Origin: a virus
Lineage: Duplodnaviria > Caudoviricetes
Length of the DNA stretch: 64,000 nt
Reading direction: 5' to 3' (one strand)
IMG/VR virus record: IMGVR_UViG_3300028907_000003
Coordinates: 1-64,000 of that record
Each line of letters begins with the position of its first letter. Within the stretch, counting starts at the first letter, position 1. Under the pieces are notes generated by a model that worked only from the letters and a program-made list of their open reading frames with translations, did no database searches and had not been told where the DNA came from. Shown one piece after another: positions 46,120-55,996 of the stretch. Position numbers and translations under genes: made by a program.

Positions 46120-47072
46120 AGATTGGACAGATGGTAAAGATTGTTAAAAAAATTGATATGGCAGAGCGGCCTTGTTGGGTATCAAGTATGGATCAAACTG
46201 TTGGCCATACTGGAACCATACAAGATATTTCAATGAGTGGAAACGCTATTAGGGTACACACTGCTGTTGGTGGATCGTGGTGGTATGCGCCTGAAGCTCT
46301 GGATCCAATATCTGAATATAATGTTGGTGACAAGGTAAAAATTGTAAAGCGAGTAACATCCTATGATGCGCCGTGGTGGGTGACAGACATGGATGCTACT
46401 GTAGGTGAAGTGGGAGAGGTAATTGAATTAAGTAGTTGCGATAGAACACGATTTAAAGTCAGAACTTCCACTGGTTGTTGGTGGTATGATTTCGCATCTC
46501 TTGAAAAGGTTGTAACACTACCAACAATCGTAACCGAGAAGATTGTTCGCGGTGGAAAGAAGTGCCGCAGGATCGTGTCATTCAAGAACATGCCCACAAA
46601 AGAGTCTTGGGGAGAGTGCCCCAACAAACCATACTATTATGTATGTAAGTCCTATTGTGAGAATGGTTCCAGGCATGATGTTAACACCGAAGGTAAGCCG
46701 TTTTGGAATCATAGCGGATCCGGAGATCAATTCATTGAATTCATGTTTGAAGATGAGCATACGGATATAGATATCCATGTACCGTATCTGACTCTTGACG
46801 CAGAATCCGTATTCCTGGAGGATACTTTCCAGGCCATCCTAAAACAGCTTAAGATCTGCCAGAGAAAAACAGAAACTAGAGTTCCAGCTGTCCACAGTGA
46901 GAGAGAAATTGGGAGGGTTTGTATGAAATATGGTTATCAGCTGATATCCAGACCAGTGCCTATACTACAGATGTTTAAAGGTGTTAGTATTGGCATGGAT
47001 ATGAGTTATGGATCCAATATTACGTTTGGTTTTGTGCCGATGTTCGACAATGAGCATATACCAAGCAATTGA
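46116..47072 (+). CDS. family paralogue 4 (two SH3-like modules plus core, tag replaced by an extension)
   Basis: KIGQMVKIVK and NVGDKVKIVK repeats; TEKIVRGGKKCRRI; SVFLEDTFQAILKQ identical to paralogue 2. Confidence 0.7.
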   Translation: MKIGQMVKIVKKIDMAERPCWVSSMDQTVGHTGTIQDISMSGNAIRVHTAVGGSWWYAPEALDPISEYNVGDKVKIVKRVTSYDAPWWVTDMDATVGEVGEVIELSSCDRTRFKVRTSTGCWWYDFASLEKVVTLPTIVTEKIVRGGKKCRRIVSFKNMPTKESWGECPNKPYYYVCKSYCENGSRHDVNTEGKPFWNHSGSGDQFIEFMFEDEHTDIDIHVPYLTLDAESVFLEDTFQAILKQLKICQRKTETRVPAVHSEREIGRVCMKYGYQLISRPVPILQMFKGVSIGMDMSYGSNITFGFVPMFDNEHIPSN

Positions 47073-47084
47073 TCTGACGATTAG

Positions 47085-47624
47085 ATGATCCCGATACGTG
47101 AGCTTACAAAAACGGTTGGTAAGATTACCAACTTGGAATTTTTTAGAAGGATTGATGCAATCGATGTCCGTAAGTCGGGTATTGAAAGTTTAAGGGGTCC
47201 GGATGTAGTTCAGCTATATAGAAATATATATTTACATGATGGACTATATATCGCAAGCGAAGTAATATGGCTTTGGAAATTATTAAAAACTAAAAAAGTA
47301 AGTGTTCCGTATGAACATAAAGTGTATTTGTTAGAATGGAAAGATAATAAGTTTACAATTCGTATGAAGATCAATGATCGGGCTGATTGGCATATGTTGG
47401 CTTGGATCGAGACTCAGCGATATTATGAAAAGTATCCAACCACACGCCATAAGGATGCTATGATCGAGGTGCTGGAAGAGGTCATAGGAATGGACACAGT
47501 GACCATTACGCCACGTAAAAAGAAAAAGCGGTATAAGGGCAAGATCCGAGCAAAAACCCCGCCTAAAAAGGATTTGCTGATGGAAGCCGCCAAACGGATT
47601 GGGAAAGAGATCCGAAAGGGTTAA
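47085..47624 (+). CDS. basic hypothetical protein
   Basis: 179 aa with Lys/Arg-rich C-terminus. Confidence 0.55.
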   Translation: MIPIRELTKTVGKITNLEFFRRIDAIDVRKSGIESLRGPDVVQLYRNIYLHDGLYIASEVIWLWKLLKTKKVSVPYEHKVYLLEWKDNKFTIRMKINDRADWHMLAWIETQRYYEKYPTTRHKDAMIEVLEEVIGMDTVTITPRKKKKRYKGKIRAKTPPKKDLLMEAAKRIGKEIRKG

Positions 47625-47644
47625 ATACTAGAAAAACCAATATT

Positions 47645-47965
47645 ATGAATATGAGGTTGTTCTGGGTTGGAAACCCCGATTTGGATTTAGGAGTTGCTGT
47701 ATTGGCCAGCACGACACATGAAGCAAAACGCTATGCATGGGACGCGAAAGTGTTCCCGGACGATTGGAAATGGGTAGATATTCGGGCCATTTGGGCGCGA
47801 GAAGCAGAATCAGATGGATTTGAACATCGTGGACGAGGATATATACTGAGTTATGAAGAAGGACTTGCTGCTGGAGTGTACTGTGATGAATGTGAGACTG
47901 ATGTTGCTGAAGAAGAATCCACAGACGGATTTTGTGATATGGCTCCACAGGCTGCGATGTGCTAG
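47645..47965 (+). CDS. hypothetical protein
   Basis: After CGAAAGGGTTAAATA promoter. Confidence 0.5.
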   Translation: MNMRLFWVGNPDLDLGVAVLASTTHEAKRYAWDAKVFPDDWKWVDIRAIWAREAESDGFEHRGRGYILSYEEGLAAGVYCDECETDVAEEESTDGFCDMAPQAAMC

Positions 47966-48148
47966 TGGTACAGTATATGTCAGTGATTATGATCCTAATG
48001 AAATTGGGTTCCCTGGTAAATGGGATGAGATAATAATTGATCATGATAATTGGTATTACGTGGTCAATAATACGAAAGTGCCTTATAAACCAACGGAAAC
48101 TAGGTTTGAAGGTGCTATAACAAGATGGTGTCATGGTGGACATGATAT

Positions 48149-48598
48149 TTGGACTATAATTGGAGAGAGAGCATGGTTGAAAGTATGAGCCTTAGTAGGT
48201 GCATTGAATTTGCTGTAGATGCGCATAGATACCAATTAGATAAACTTGGAAAGCCGTACATATTACATCCGTTAGCAGTGATGCTACAATGTGAGCCTGG
48301 AGATCAAAAGGTCGCAGTTATGCATGATATATGGGAGGATGTATATGCGCCTAAGTTTATTCGGGTTATGGTGAATCTGACTGAGCCGGAATATGTTGCA
48401 TTAGAAGCTATAACGCATTTACCAAATGAGCCGTATGTCGATTACATTAAGAGGGTAAAAACATCTGATATCGCTACCAGAGTCAAGATCCAGGATGTGA
48501 TCCATAATCAGAGCAGAATGTACGGCTTGCCTGATGATGTTGTTGAGAGAATGACCAAGAAATATATAACTGCTATGAAGATGTTAATGGGTGATTAG
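48149..48598 (+). CDS. HD-domain phosphohydrolase (RelA/SpoT hydrolase, MESH1-like)
   Basis: AH..Q.DK.GKPYILHP..V; MHDIWED; VKIQD..HN. Confidence 0.8.
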   Translation: MDYNWRESMVESMSLSRCIEFAVDAHRYQLDKLGKPYILHPLAVMLQCEPGDQKVAVMHDIWEDVYAPKFIRVMVNLTEPEYVALEAITHLPNEPYVDYIKRVKTSDIATRVKIQDVIHNQSRMYGLPDDVVERMTKKYITAMKMLMGD

Positions 48599-49075
48599 AT
48601 GGAAGTTACTAAAGAAGATGTTGTCGATGCATCAGAATATATTAGTGCGGGTTTGAATGAATTATTGATTATGCTTGATGATGAAGACGGGGAATTTCCT
48701 GCCACATACAACGATCTGCTGTATTTCTTCCCGCTTAGAGCACTGTCGTGTCCATATTGTGTAGCAGTGAAACGCTTACCCGGAACTCCCTGCATACCAA
48801 ATTGTGAATTTGCGATGTCGCATGGGGGATTGGACTGCGACAATCAGGATTCCGTGTGGTGGAGACTTGCTGTTACAAGTCTCTCTAATGATATATACTA
48901 CACCAAATCGGTAAGTAATCAAGCTAAAATTGGACTGCGTGAATTGTGCAAATGTGGGTTCCCGATTTTCACTGATGTTGATCAATTCATGGTAGCTAAG
49001 AAGCAATTGTTAAAAAGCATGATAGAATTTTTCCCGGAGAATGAAGAATCCTTAAAGGTTTTGGAGGAATATTGA
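48599..49075 (+). CDS. Cys-rich triplet paralogue 1
   Basis: CPYC...C..C.F...HG..C....S.W; FM.AKK.LL; LEEY. Confidence 0.65.
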   Translation: MEVTKEDVVDASEYISAGLNELLIMLDDEDGEFPATYNDLLYFFPLRALSCPYCVAVKRLPGTPCIPNCEFAMSHGGLDCDNQDSVWWRLAVTSLSNDIYYTKSVSNQAKIGLRELCKCGFPIFTDVDQFMVAKKQLLKSMIEFFPENEESLKVLEEY

Positions 49076-49524
49076 ATGGATCAGGTGTTTGTATATAAAA
49101 CAGCGTTGGCACTGTGTGATAAGCTGAGTGAGTTAGAAGCTGCCATTGACCATACGGTGACGGCTGAAACAATAGTCAAAATGCTACCAATACATTCTGA
49201 AACATGCCCGTATTGTGTATCATTTAACCAAATATGTAGTAAAGATTGTCGATATGGGGCGTTGCGTGGGTATTGTAATGATGATGGTTCAACGTGGCGG
49301 AAGTTAGGCGGTGGTGCAATCGTAATGGAAACTGATGAGATGGTCGGTTTCTGCGAAAGAACCAAAAATCGAGAGATATGCTCAAAATATACGCGGATTC
49401 TGTATAAGGACAAGTTCACGATGGATGTTAATACTCTGATGGGATACAAAAGATTATCCTGGCGGAGATTGCCCAACAACTTAGTAACAATCAGGTATTT
49501 TTAGAAGCACTGGAGGCATACTAA
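49076..49524 (+). pseudogene. Cys-rich triplet paralogue 2 with a -1 lesion at 49448-49451
   Basis: The -1 frame restores KIILAEIAQQLSNNQVFLEALEAY*, matching paralogue ends and overlapping the next ATG. Confidence 0.65.
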
Positions 49525-49976
49525 TGGTATCAAAAGAAGCGTTATCTGAAGCAATAAACAATATGCTTGAACAGCTATGGGTGTTGAAGTCGATGAAACA
49601 GCCTAGCGTAAGGTTGCCGATATTCGCGAGCACTTGCCCGTTTTGTTTAGAATCTGAAATTGCAAATGGTATGCTGATATGCGATGGTTGTGAATATGCC
49701 AAGACTCATGCATCTTGTAATGAGAAAGAAAGCGCTTGGTGTAGAATAAGAGATGTTCTTGGTAAAGCCTGTATGTATCACGATTTCGAGATACCGTTTG
49801 GAGAGAGGGATCAATTGGCCGTGGATATGGCTATCTGTAAAGCAGAAGTAGCAATAAACAAGAAGAATTTAACACTTGATCAGTTCATGACAGCCAAGCG
49901 CGATTTCTTGAAAGAGTATTTCAAGCACTTGCCATATTGCGGAACCGCTGTGGAGGCATTGGATGATTATTGGTGA
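49524..49976 (+). CDS. Cys-rich triplet paralogue 3
   Basis: CPFC...CDGCEY...H..C....SAW; FMTAKRDFL; ALDDYW. Confidence 0.65.
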   Translation: MVSKEALSEAINNMLEQLWVLKSMKQPSVRLPIFASTCPFCLESEIANGMLICDGCEYAKTHASCNEKESAWCRIRDVLGKACMYHDFEIPFGERDQLAVDMAICKAEVAINKKNLTLDQFMTAKRDFLKEYFKHLPYCGTAVEALDDYW

Positions 49977-50061
49977 TGTGATACTCATTCTCTTTTTAGT
50001 TATCGTGCTTCTACTAATGAGAGAACGAAGAAGATCGTGCTGCCCAACGAGGTGCTAAGTA

Positions 50062-52449
50062 ATGTCATTCGATCCTGCGGCTTGTTTGGTGTTTGATGAC
50101 CGGACAGGTAGTTTAATTGGTGTTGATGCTGTTAAGGTAAGAGATTGGTTTACCAAGCATTTTAGTGTACTGAGTATTGTACCCACAGGCGACATTTATG
50201 TGTACAATAATGGAGTTTTTAGATGCGAAGGTGGATCTAAAGAATGGATTACACACAAGCTGTATGAAAATTGGGGCAGATATACACTATATGATGGTAG
50301 CCCGTTGCTGAGTATCAATAGGGTGCGAGAGTTAGTTGCTTTTATACAATTAGCTACGTACCAAGAGATGTTCCTAGATGTTTCCACCAGAAAAACCGTG
50401 TTTGATGCCAATCTTGATATCGTTAATATGGCAAATGGTTTATATAATTGGAGGACAAATGAATTCATGCCTCATACCAGAGAGTATTTATCGAGGATAC
50501 AGGTTCCGGTTAGATATGTGGAGGGTGCTACATGTCCAACAATTGATGCTATAATCGGGGATGTATTAAAACCGCAAGATGTACCAAAGTTCTATGAGTT
50601 TGCTGGATATCTGTTTTACCGTGGAGTGGCCATTGATAAGGCTGTTATGATGCTGTACGGACCCGCTCGTAGCGGGAAGGCGTTGGAAGTTCATACACCA
50701 ATACCAACCCCGACAGGGTTCACTGAAATTGGTGATTTGGAAGTCGGGGATGAAGTGTTTGATGAAGAAGGTAACATCGTAAAAGTTATTGGCAAAAGTC
50801 CCGTGTGGAAAAACCGCCAATTATATGATGTTGCTACTAGTGATGGCGAACACATTCTTGCTGATGAGGAACATATTTGGCGAGTATGTTTAAATCCCGG
50901 TGTAAAAAAGGATCGACCTAGCCGACGAGAGTATATAACAGATCATACTACGGAAGATTTATATAATCGACCATCAACACGCAAACCTAGAATATTAGTG
51001 CAAGGTGCTATTAAAACCGGAAATATTGATCTACCAATAGGGCCATATACGTTAGGTGCGTGGTTGGGTGATGGAAATTCTCATAGTGCAATTATCACAC
51101 AACTTGATACCAATGATCGAGAATTTATGGAGAACCGTATAAACGAAGAAGGATATATAACAAGCAAACAAACAACCATTGGTACATTTGGTATACTTGG
51201 TCTTGTAACTCAACTTAGACAGCAAAGCTTATTAAAAAACAAACATATACCAATGATATACTTAAGAGCGAGTTATGATCAACGAATTGCCCTGCTGAAT
51301 GGACTAATAGATACTGATGGTTACGTTGGTGATACTGGGCATGTTGAATTCTGTACGACCAACAAAAACCTAGCAGATGGTGTATATGAACTTGTTAATT
51401 CACTTGGTGTAAAGGCAACCAAACATATTGGTGATGCGAAGCTTGATGGAAGGTTTATATCTAAAAAATATAGAGTGTGCTTTTACAAATCAGATGCTGC
51501 ATCACTTCCAAGAAAAAAGAATAAATGTCGAGACTCTGTTATGAGAGCGAATCGCTACATATCAATTACAAAGGCTGGTATTGGAGATACTATATGTATT
51601 CAAGTAAGTGCGCCATCTGGAATGTTCTTATGTGGTAAATCGTTCTTGCCGACTCATAATTCAGAATTAGCACGATTAATCATGAACGCAGTTGGAATAA
51701 ACAATTGTGCCGCAGTTACGCCACAGGAGCTTGGAAGAGATAAATTTGCAACAGCTGCTTTAGAGGGGAAGCTGGTTAATCTCGTGGGAGATGTGGATGA
51801 TAAGCCAATTGAGAATGAAGGTGTGTTTAAGAAGGTAACGAGCGGTAAGGACTTGCTACAAATCGAGAAGAAATTCCAACAGCCGGTTCAAGTAATAAAT
51901 ACTTGTAAAATGGTGTTAATCGCCAATATGTTGCCACCGATCTCGGATTTGACTAAGGGTTTCTTCAGACGGATGGAAATATTTGGGTGTTACCATGTGT
52001 TTGATCCACTGGTAGATGACCCGGAGAGGCTGAAAGCGATAGATGATCCTATGGAGTTATCCGGGTTTGTTATAAAGTGTTTGGGTATGTTGCCGGGAGT
52101 TCTTTCTAGGAAGATGCTGACTAATGAAATGTCTGCTGATGATGTACGGAGTCTTTACATCATGAACGCAAATCCGGTACAGGGATTTATTGATTTGTGT
52201 ATAGATGACGATGTTCCCGGTGGTTTCGCCAGTAAGGACATGACGTATAAATATTATGTGGATTTTTGCCGAGCTATAAAAGTTGAAAAACTGTCTAAGA
52301 CCATGTTTGGTAAAGCGTTTAAAAAAGCAATGGGGTGGACCGGAAATGAGCGACAAAGCCAGCGGAAGTTCCATGGTGGAGACAAGTGGGGATGGACTGA
52401 AATTAGGCTCAAGAAACCTGAATTAATGTTGGAAAAGTTGGTGTGTTAG
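50062..52449 (+). CDS. primase-associated SF3 (D5/P4-like) helicase with intein
   Basis: VNMANGLY...PH.REY, CP, GPARSGK|S, GKLVNLVGD, IEKKF, FFRR. Confidence 0.9.
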   Translation: MSFDPAACLVFDDRTGSLIGVDAVKVRDWFTKHFSVLSIVPTGDIYVYNNGVFRCEGGSKEWITHKLYENWGRYTLYDGSPLLSINRVRELVAFIQLATYQEMFLDVSTRKTVFDANLDIVNMANGLYNWRTNEFMPHTREYLSRIQVPVRYVEGATCPTIDAIIGDVLKPQDVPKFYEFAGYLFYRGVAIDKAVMMLYGPARSGKALEVHTPIPTPTGFTEIGDLEVGDEVFDEEGNIVKVIGKSPVWKNRQLYDVATSDGEHILADEEHIWRVCLNPGVKKDRPSRREYITDHTTEDLYNRPSTRKPRILVQGAIKTGNIDLPIGPYTLGAWLGDGNSHSAIITQLDTNDREFMENRINEEGYITSKQTTIGTFGILGLVTQLRQQSLLKNKHIPMIYLRASYDQRIALLNGLIDTDGYVGDTGHVEFCTTNKNLADGVYELVNSLGVKATKHIGDAKLDGRFISKKYRVCFYKSDAASLPRKKNKCRDSVMRANRYISITKAGIGDTICIQVSAPSGMFLCGKSFLPTHNSELARLIMNAVGINNCAAVTPQELGRDKFATAALEGKLVNLVGDVDDKPIENEGVFKKVTSGKDLLQIEKKFQQPVQVINTCKMVLIANMLPPISDLTKGFFRRMEIFGCYHVFDPLVDDPERLKAIDDPMELSGFVIKCLGMLPGVLSRKMLTNEMSADDVRSLYIMNANPVQGFIDLCIDDDVPGGFASKDMTYKYYVDFCRAIKVEKLSKTMFGKAFKKAMGWTGNERQSQRKFHGGDKWGWTEIRLKKPELMLEKLVC
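50680..51660 (+). mobile_element. class 3 intein (327 aa) with LAGLIDADG endonuclease
   Basis: Ala1 start (ALEVHTPIPTPTG), W in block B (EHIW), C in block F (TICIQV), T in PTHN; GAWLGDG and GLIDTDG. Confidence 0.9.
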
Positions 52450-52521
52450 TATGAATCCATTTGCTATATGGGGAGTGTTCCCTATCAACCGAATCTTTTA
52501 TATAGTATGGGAATGCTATAG

Positions 52522-52716
52522 TTGTATATGCTAACTCAAGTGAATGTTGTGAAATTATCTCCAGCGTCTGCTGCTGGTATGGAAATGTGTTTAAATGAAA
52601 AGATGCAGGGGATTCAATCTCATGGTGGAAGAATCTTACATGTGTTATGCACATTTGTCCCAGGTGATGTTGGTTTAGATAGCTTGGTGTATACTATTGT
52701 ATGGGAGTCGCCATGA
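52522..52716 (+). CDS. hypothetical protein
   Basis: 64-aa ORF. Confidence 0.4.
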   Translation: MYMLTQVNVVKLSPASAAGMEMCLNEKMQGIQSHGGRILHVLCTFVPGDVGLDSLVYTIVWESP

Positions 52717-52936
52717 GGATCGGATAAATGCCGGGATTGTAAAAGTTCTGTATAAGCATGGTCTTGGTATGTCGAATGAGTTGTTTGAAACCGTGGATGT
52801 GGATGTGGTTAAATGCTTAACGGCATAAGTGTTGAATGGAGACAAAACGGTATTGTTATCATGGGAGATGCGGGTGTTACTTTCGTTGAAGAAAGTAATA
52901 TCCCGATATTAAAAGAATTGTTGGAGGTAATCACAC

Positions 52937-53423
52937 ATGATTGATATACAAGCGATAGGACTAGAAGTACTCACTGGAATGAGACAGCTGGAGTACAATG
53001 ATGATAGAGAAAAGTATTTGACTGAACAAGCACCTATTGATGCTAAAGCGTTTGTGCATCTCGCTTTTGGGCAAGAAGAAGAAGCAAAGAAGCTTATTGG
53101 AGATGACAAGGTGTTTATGAAAGCGATTACTGTTACCAATAGGATATATGAGGTTTTAAAGAAGGGTGAATGAAATGGTTTCTAATATGGATATTTTAGT
53201 CGAGGTTTTGACAGCGATGAGGGCATACCAACACATGGATGATCCAGATTCTAAGGGATATGAAGAAACTGAAATTCAGGGTGATTTAGATGCTCTGATA
53301 TTGTTGACGGAGGGTGAAGGTGAAGAGGTTATGAAGAAGAAGGGTGATGATAAACTGTTTATGCTATCTATTCGACTTACTAACAAGATATACGATATGA
53401 TTAAGGCTGATAGTGATGTATAA
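52937..53423 (+). CDS. tandem paralogue pair (52937..53173, 53166..53423)
   Basis: Shared EVLT.MR...DD...GDDK.FM..I..TN.IY. Confidence 0.65.
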
Positions 53424-53534
53424 ATGTCCGGAATGTGGGAAGGTTGTTAGTAAAAGTGCAATGATCGAGTGGTATCCATGTGGATGTGACTGTGAATTCG
53501 TTGTAGAAGATGTGTACTTGAGAGTTTACCATGA

Positions 53535-53750
53535 ATGGGTGAAGATATGAAGAGTTATCCAATTTTTAACAGGATGGTTGGTAAGGTAGTTCATTTTAAT
53601 CTCCGTGGTGGAGATGAAATTACTATTCGTGTTGAGAAGTCTGAAAGTGATGTTGTAATAGGTACAACTGTTGGTCCTACAGCCGGATATCATTACTGGA
53701 TTGATGTTGCGAGCATACAAGCATTTTCGTATACGGGGGATTTGAAATGA
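53535..53750 (+). CDS. small Sm/Hfq-like beta-barrel candidate
   Basis: GKVVHFNLRGG.EI..RV.......I....YWIDVASIQAF. Confidence 0.4.
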   Translation: MGEDMKSYPIFNRMVGKVVHFNLRGGDEITIRVEKSESDVVIGTTVGPTAGYHYWIDVASIQAFSYTGDLK

Positions 53751-53861
53751 GAGCAGATCAATTGATCGGGAGGCTGGCCCACGGGGAGTGAAGAAATATG
53801 CAAAATACTTAATATATCACCAACATGTTTCTATAGTAAACTTAAAGAATTTGATTTAAAG

Positions 53862-54932
53862 GTGAGTATGATGACAGAAGAAAGAAAGTTAGCGTCTGTA
53901 CAGATAATTGAAAGTATTGAAGATGTTCCGAATTCGGATAATCTACAGGTTGCTAGAATATTAGGATGGCAAACCGTCATACGGCGAAATGAATATAACC
54001 CAGGAGATAAAATTATCTATGCGGAAATTGATTCGCTGTTACCCGAAGAACCGCAGTATGAATTTCTGCGCAAATGTTGCTACACCAGTGCTAATAAAGG
54101 GTTCAGAATTAAGAGTATGAAACTGAGAGGATGCCTTAGCCAAGGGTTAGTGCTACCGCTGGATATACTCGGAGAACATGCTGAAAGCGCTCAAATAGGT
54201 GATAATGTAACCGAGTTGCTAGGGATCCGGAAATGGGAACGTGCTCCAGCTGAAGGCGAGAAAGCAAGGTTGTTTGGTCATGCGCGAGGAAGCTTGCCAC
54301 ATAGGATTCCCCGCACTGATGAAATACGTCTACAAAGCTGTGTTGATGTATTGAAACGCCATGAAGGAAAGATGTTTTCTGTTACCGAGAAGTACGACGG
54401 AACTTCAATGTCTGTGTTTTGGGATCCGGAAGATGGGTTACATGTGTGTAGCAGGAATGTTGATTTAAAGCCGGATTACGAGCATAAATGGAATGGAACT
54501 GCGTATTGGGATTATGCTATAGAACACGATTTGGAAAGCGTAGTGCATCAAATTGGAGACAATGTGGTGTTACAGGGAGAGCTTATAGGCCCAGGTATAC
54601 AGGGAAACCATTATAAACTAGAAGCGCTTGTATATAGGGTGTTTAACATGTACGATCTTAATACCGGGAAGTATTCGAGTTATCAGGAAATGAGTGATCG
54701 AGTTAAAGAGTTAGGACTTGGTAATGACTTCCTAGTACATGAGATCTGTAATATAAGCTTGCCTAATGACCTACAGGCCATGTTAAAGCTGTCCAAGGGT
54801 AAATCAGTGTATGGTGACATGAGCCGAGAAGGAATCGTGTGTAGAGCCGTTCCAGAGGACAGAGATGTTAAATTGGGGAGGTTGTCATTTAAGGTAATTA
54901 ATGATGACTTCTTGCTTGAGAAAGGAGAGTGA
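53862..54932 (+). CDS. ATP-dependent RNA ligase (DRB0094/Rnl2 family)
   Basis: RKLASVQII...GWQTV; SQGL; TEKYDGTS; QGELIGPGIQGN; EGIV; SFKVI. Confidence 0.9.
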   Translation: MSMMTEERKLASVQIIESIEDVPNSDNLQVARILGWQTVIRRNEYNPGDKIIYAEIDSLLPEEPQYEFLRKCCYTSANKGFRIKSMKLRGCLSQGLVLPLDILGEHAESAQIGDNVTELLGIRKWERAPAEGEKARLFGHARGSLPHRIPRTDEIRLQSCVDVLKRHEGKMFSVTEKYDGTSMSVFWDPEDGLHVCSRNVDLKPDYEHKWNGTAYWDYAIEHDLESVVHQIGDNVVLQGELIGPGIQGNHYKLEALVYRVFNMYDLNTGKYSSYQEMSDRVKELGLGNDFLVHEICNISLPNDLQAMLKLSKGKSVYGDMSREGIVCRAVPEDRDVKLGRLSFKVINDDFLLEKGE

Positions 54933-54938
54933 AGTTAC

Positions 54939-55712
54939 ATGAAGTATGAAGTTGGAGACAAGATCCGTATCGTGAAAAAGGGACCGCGTTGGAATTCGGC
55001 TGGAAAGATGGATCATTTGGTTGGTAAAACGGTTGTTATTGCCGATATTGTGAAATACTCCGAATTACCAATTGGAATCAGAGATGAACCAGAAGCGGAA
55101 GGTACTGATAAGATGTGGTGGCTCCTGGAAAATGAAATTGAACTTGTAGAGAAGGCGAGTTTGATGAAGTATAAGGTTGGAGATATGGTTCGTATCGTAA
55201 GAAAAACATCCGGTAAGTGGAATCTAGAGGGTTTAATGGACCATATGTTGGGTAAAACCGCTAAGATCACATCAATTGATGCGAGAAGTACAAGCTTGCC
55301 TATTGAAATCCGAGATGGTAATGACGGTAGAACTTGGTGGTTTGATCCGAATGAAATTGAACTTGTAGATGAACCTAGATTTAAGACGGTTGATCTTTCT
55401 GATCCATGTGAAAGAAAGTGGTTTATGAAAAAAATGGAAACAGAAGCTTTCAAGAGCAAGCATATAGTAGTTGCTAAGATACCCGCTTATGGAGAAATTA
55501 ATTACTATATACTAAAGGATGTTGATCTTAAGTGCAGTTCTCCAATTAATCCGGATTATGCATTCATGTCGCTGCAGAATTCGTTTAGAATTTGGGAAGA
55601 TCCTGGTGAGTTGGGAGATCTCATATCAAGAACTAGAAGTGATATTGATAAGTTGTATGTTCTGGATAGCCTAAGTGATCTCAAGCAGCTGCTTATTGAT
55701 GAAGGTGTTTAA
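54939..55712 (+). CDS. protein with two tandem SH3-like modules
   Basis: MKY.VGD..RIV.K...WN..G.MDH..GKT..I....LPI.IRD...WW....EIELV twice. Confidence 0.65.
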   Translation: MKYEVGDKIRIVKKGPRWNSAGKMDHLVGKTVVIADIVKYSELPIGIRDEPEAEGTDKMWWLLENEIELVEKASLMKYKVGDMVRIVRKTSGKWNLEGLMDHMLGKTAKITSIDARSTSLPIEIRDGNDGRTWWFDPNEIELVDEPRFKTVDLSDPCERKWFMKKMETEAFKSKHIVVAKIPAYGEINYYILKDVDLKCSSPINPDYAFMSLQNSFRIWEDPGELGDLISRTRSDIDKLYVLDSLSDLKQLLIDEGV

Positions 55713-55994
55713 ATGGTGTGTGAAGGAAAACGAGCGTGTGTTAAATGCACACATTGTGTTGAGAAAGTCTATGTCACGATCTTTACGTATACGGATCTCA
55801 TGTGTACTAAATTTGCTACTAAAAAGTGCGATGTTATTACTGGTGAAGAATATTGGGAGAACTTGGAATATTGCAATGACCAGCGCAGAAAACCACGAGA
55901 TATTAGAAGTGGGTGGGACAAGTTGATGGGTAAACCTGTGAAACTTGAGGATATATGCGGGGATAAAGGAATATATTTTGAGGAGAAGAAATAG
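55713..55994 (+). CDS. Cys-rich hypothetical protein
   Basis: CVKCTHC...C...C...C...CG. Confidence 0.55.
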   Translation: MVCEGKRACVKCTHCVEKVYVTIFTYTDLMCTKFATKKCDVITGEEYWENLEYCNDQRRKPRDIRSGWDKLMGKPVKLEDICGDKGIYFEEKK

Positions 55995-55996
55995 AT

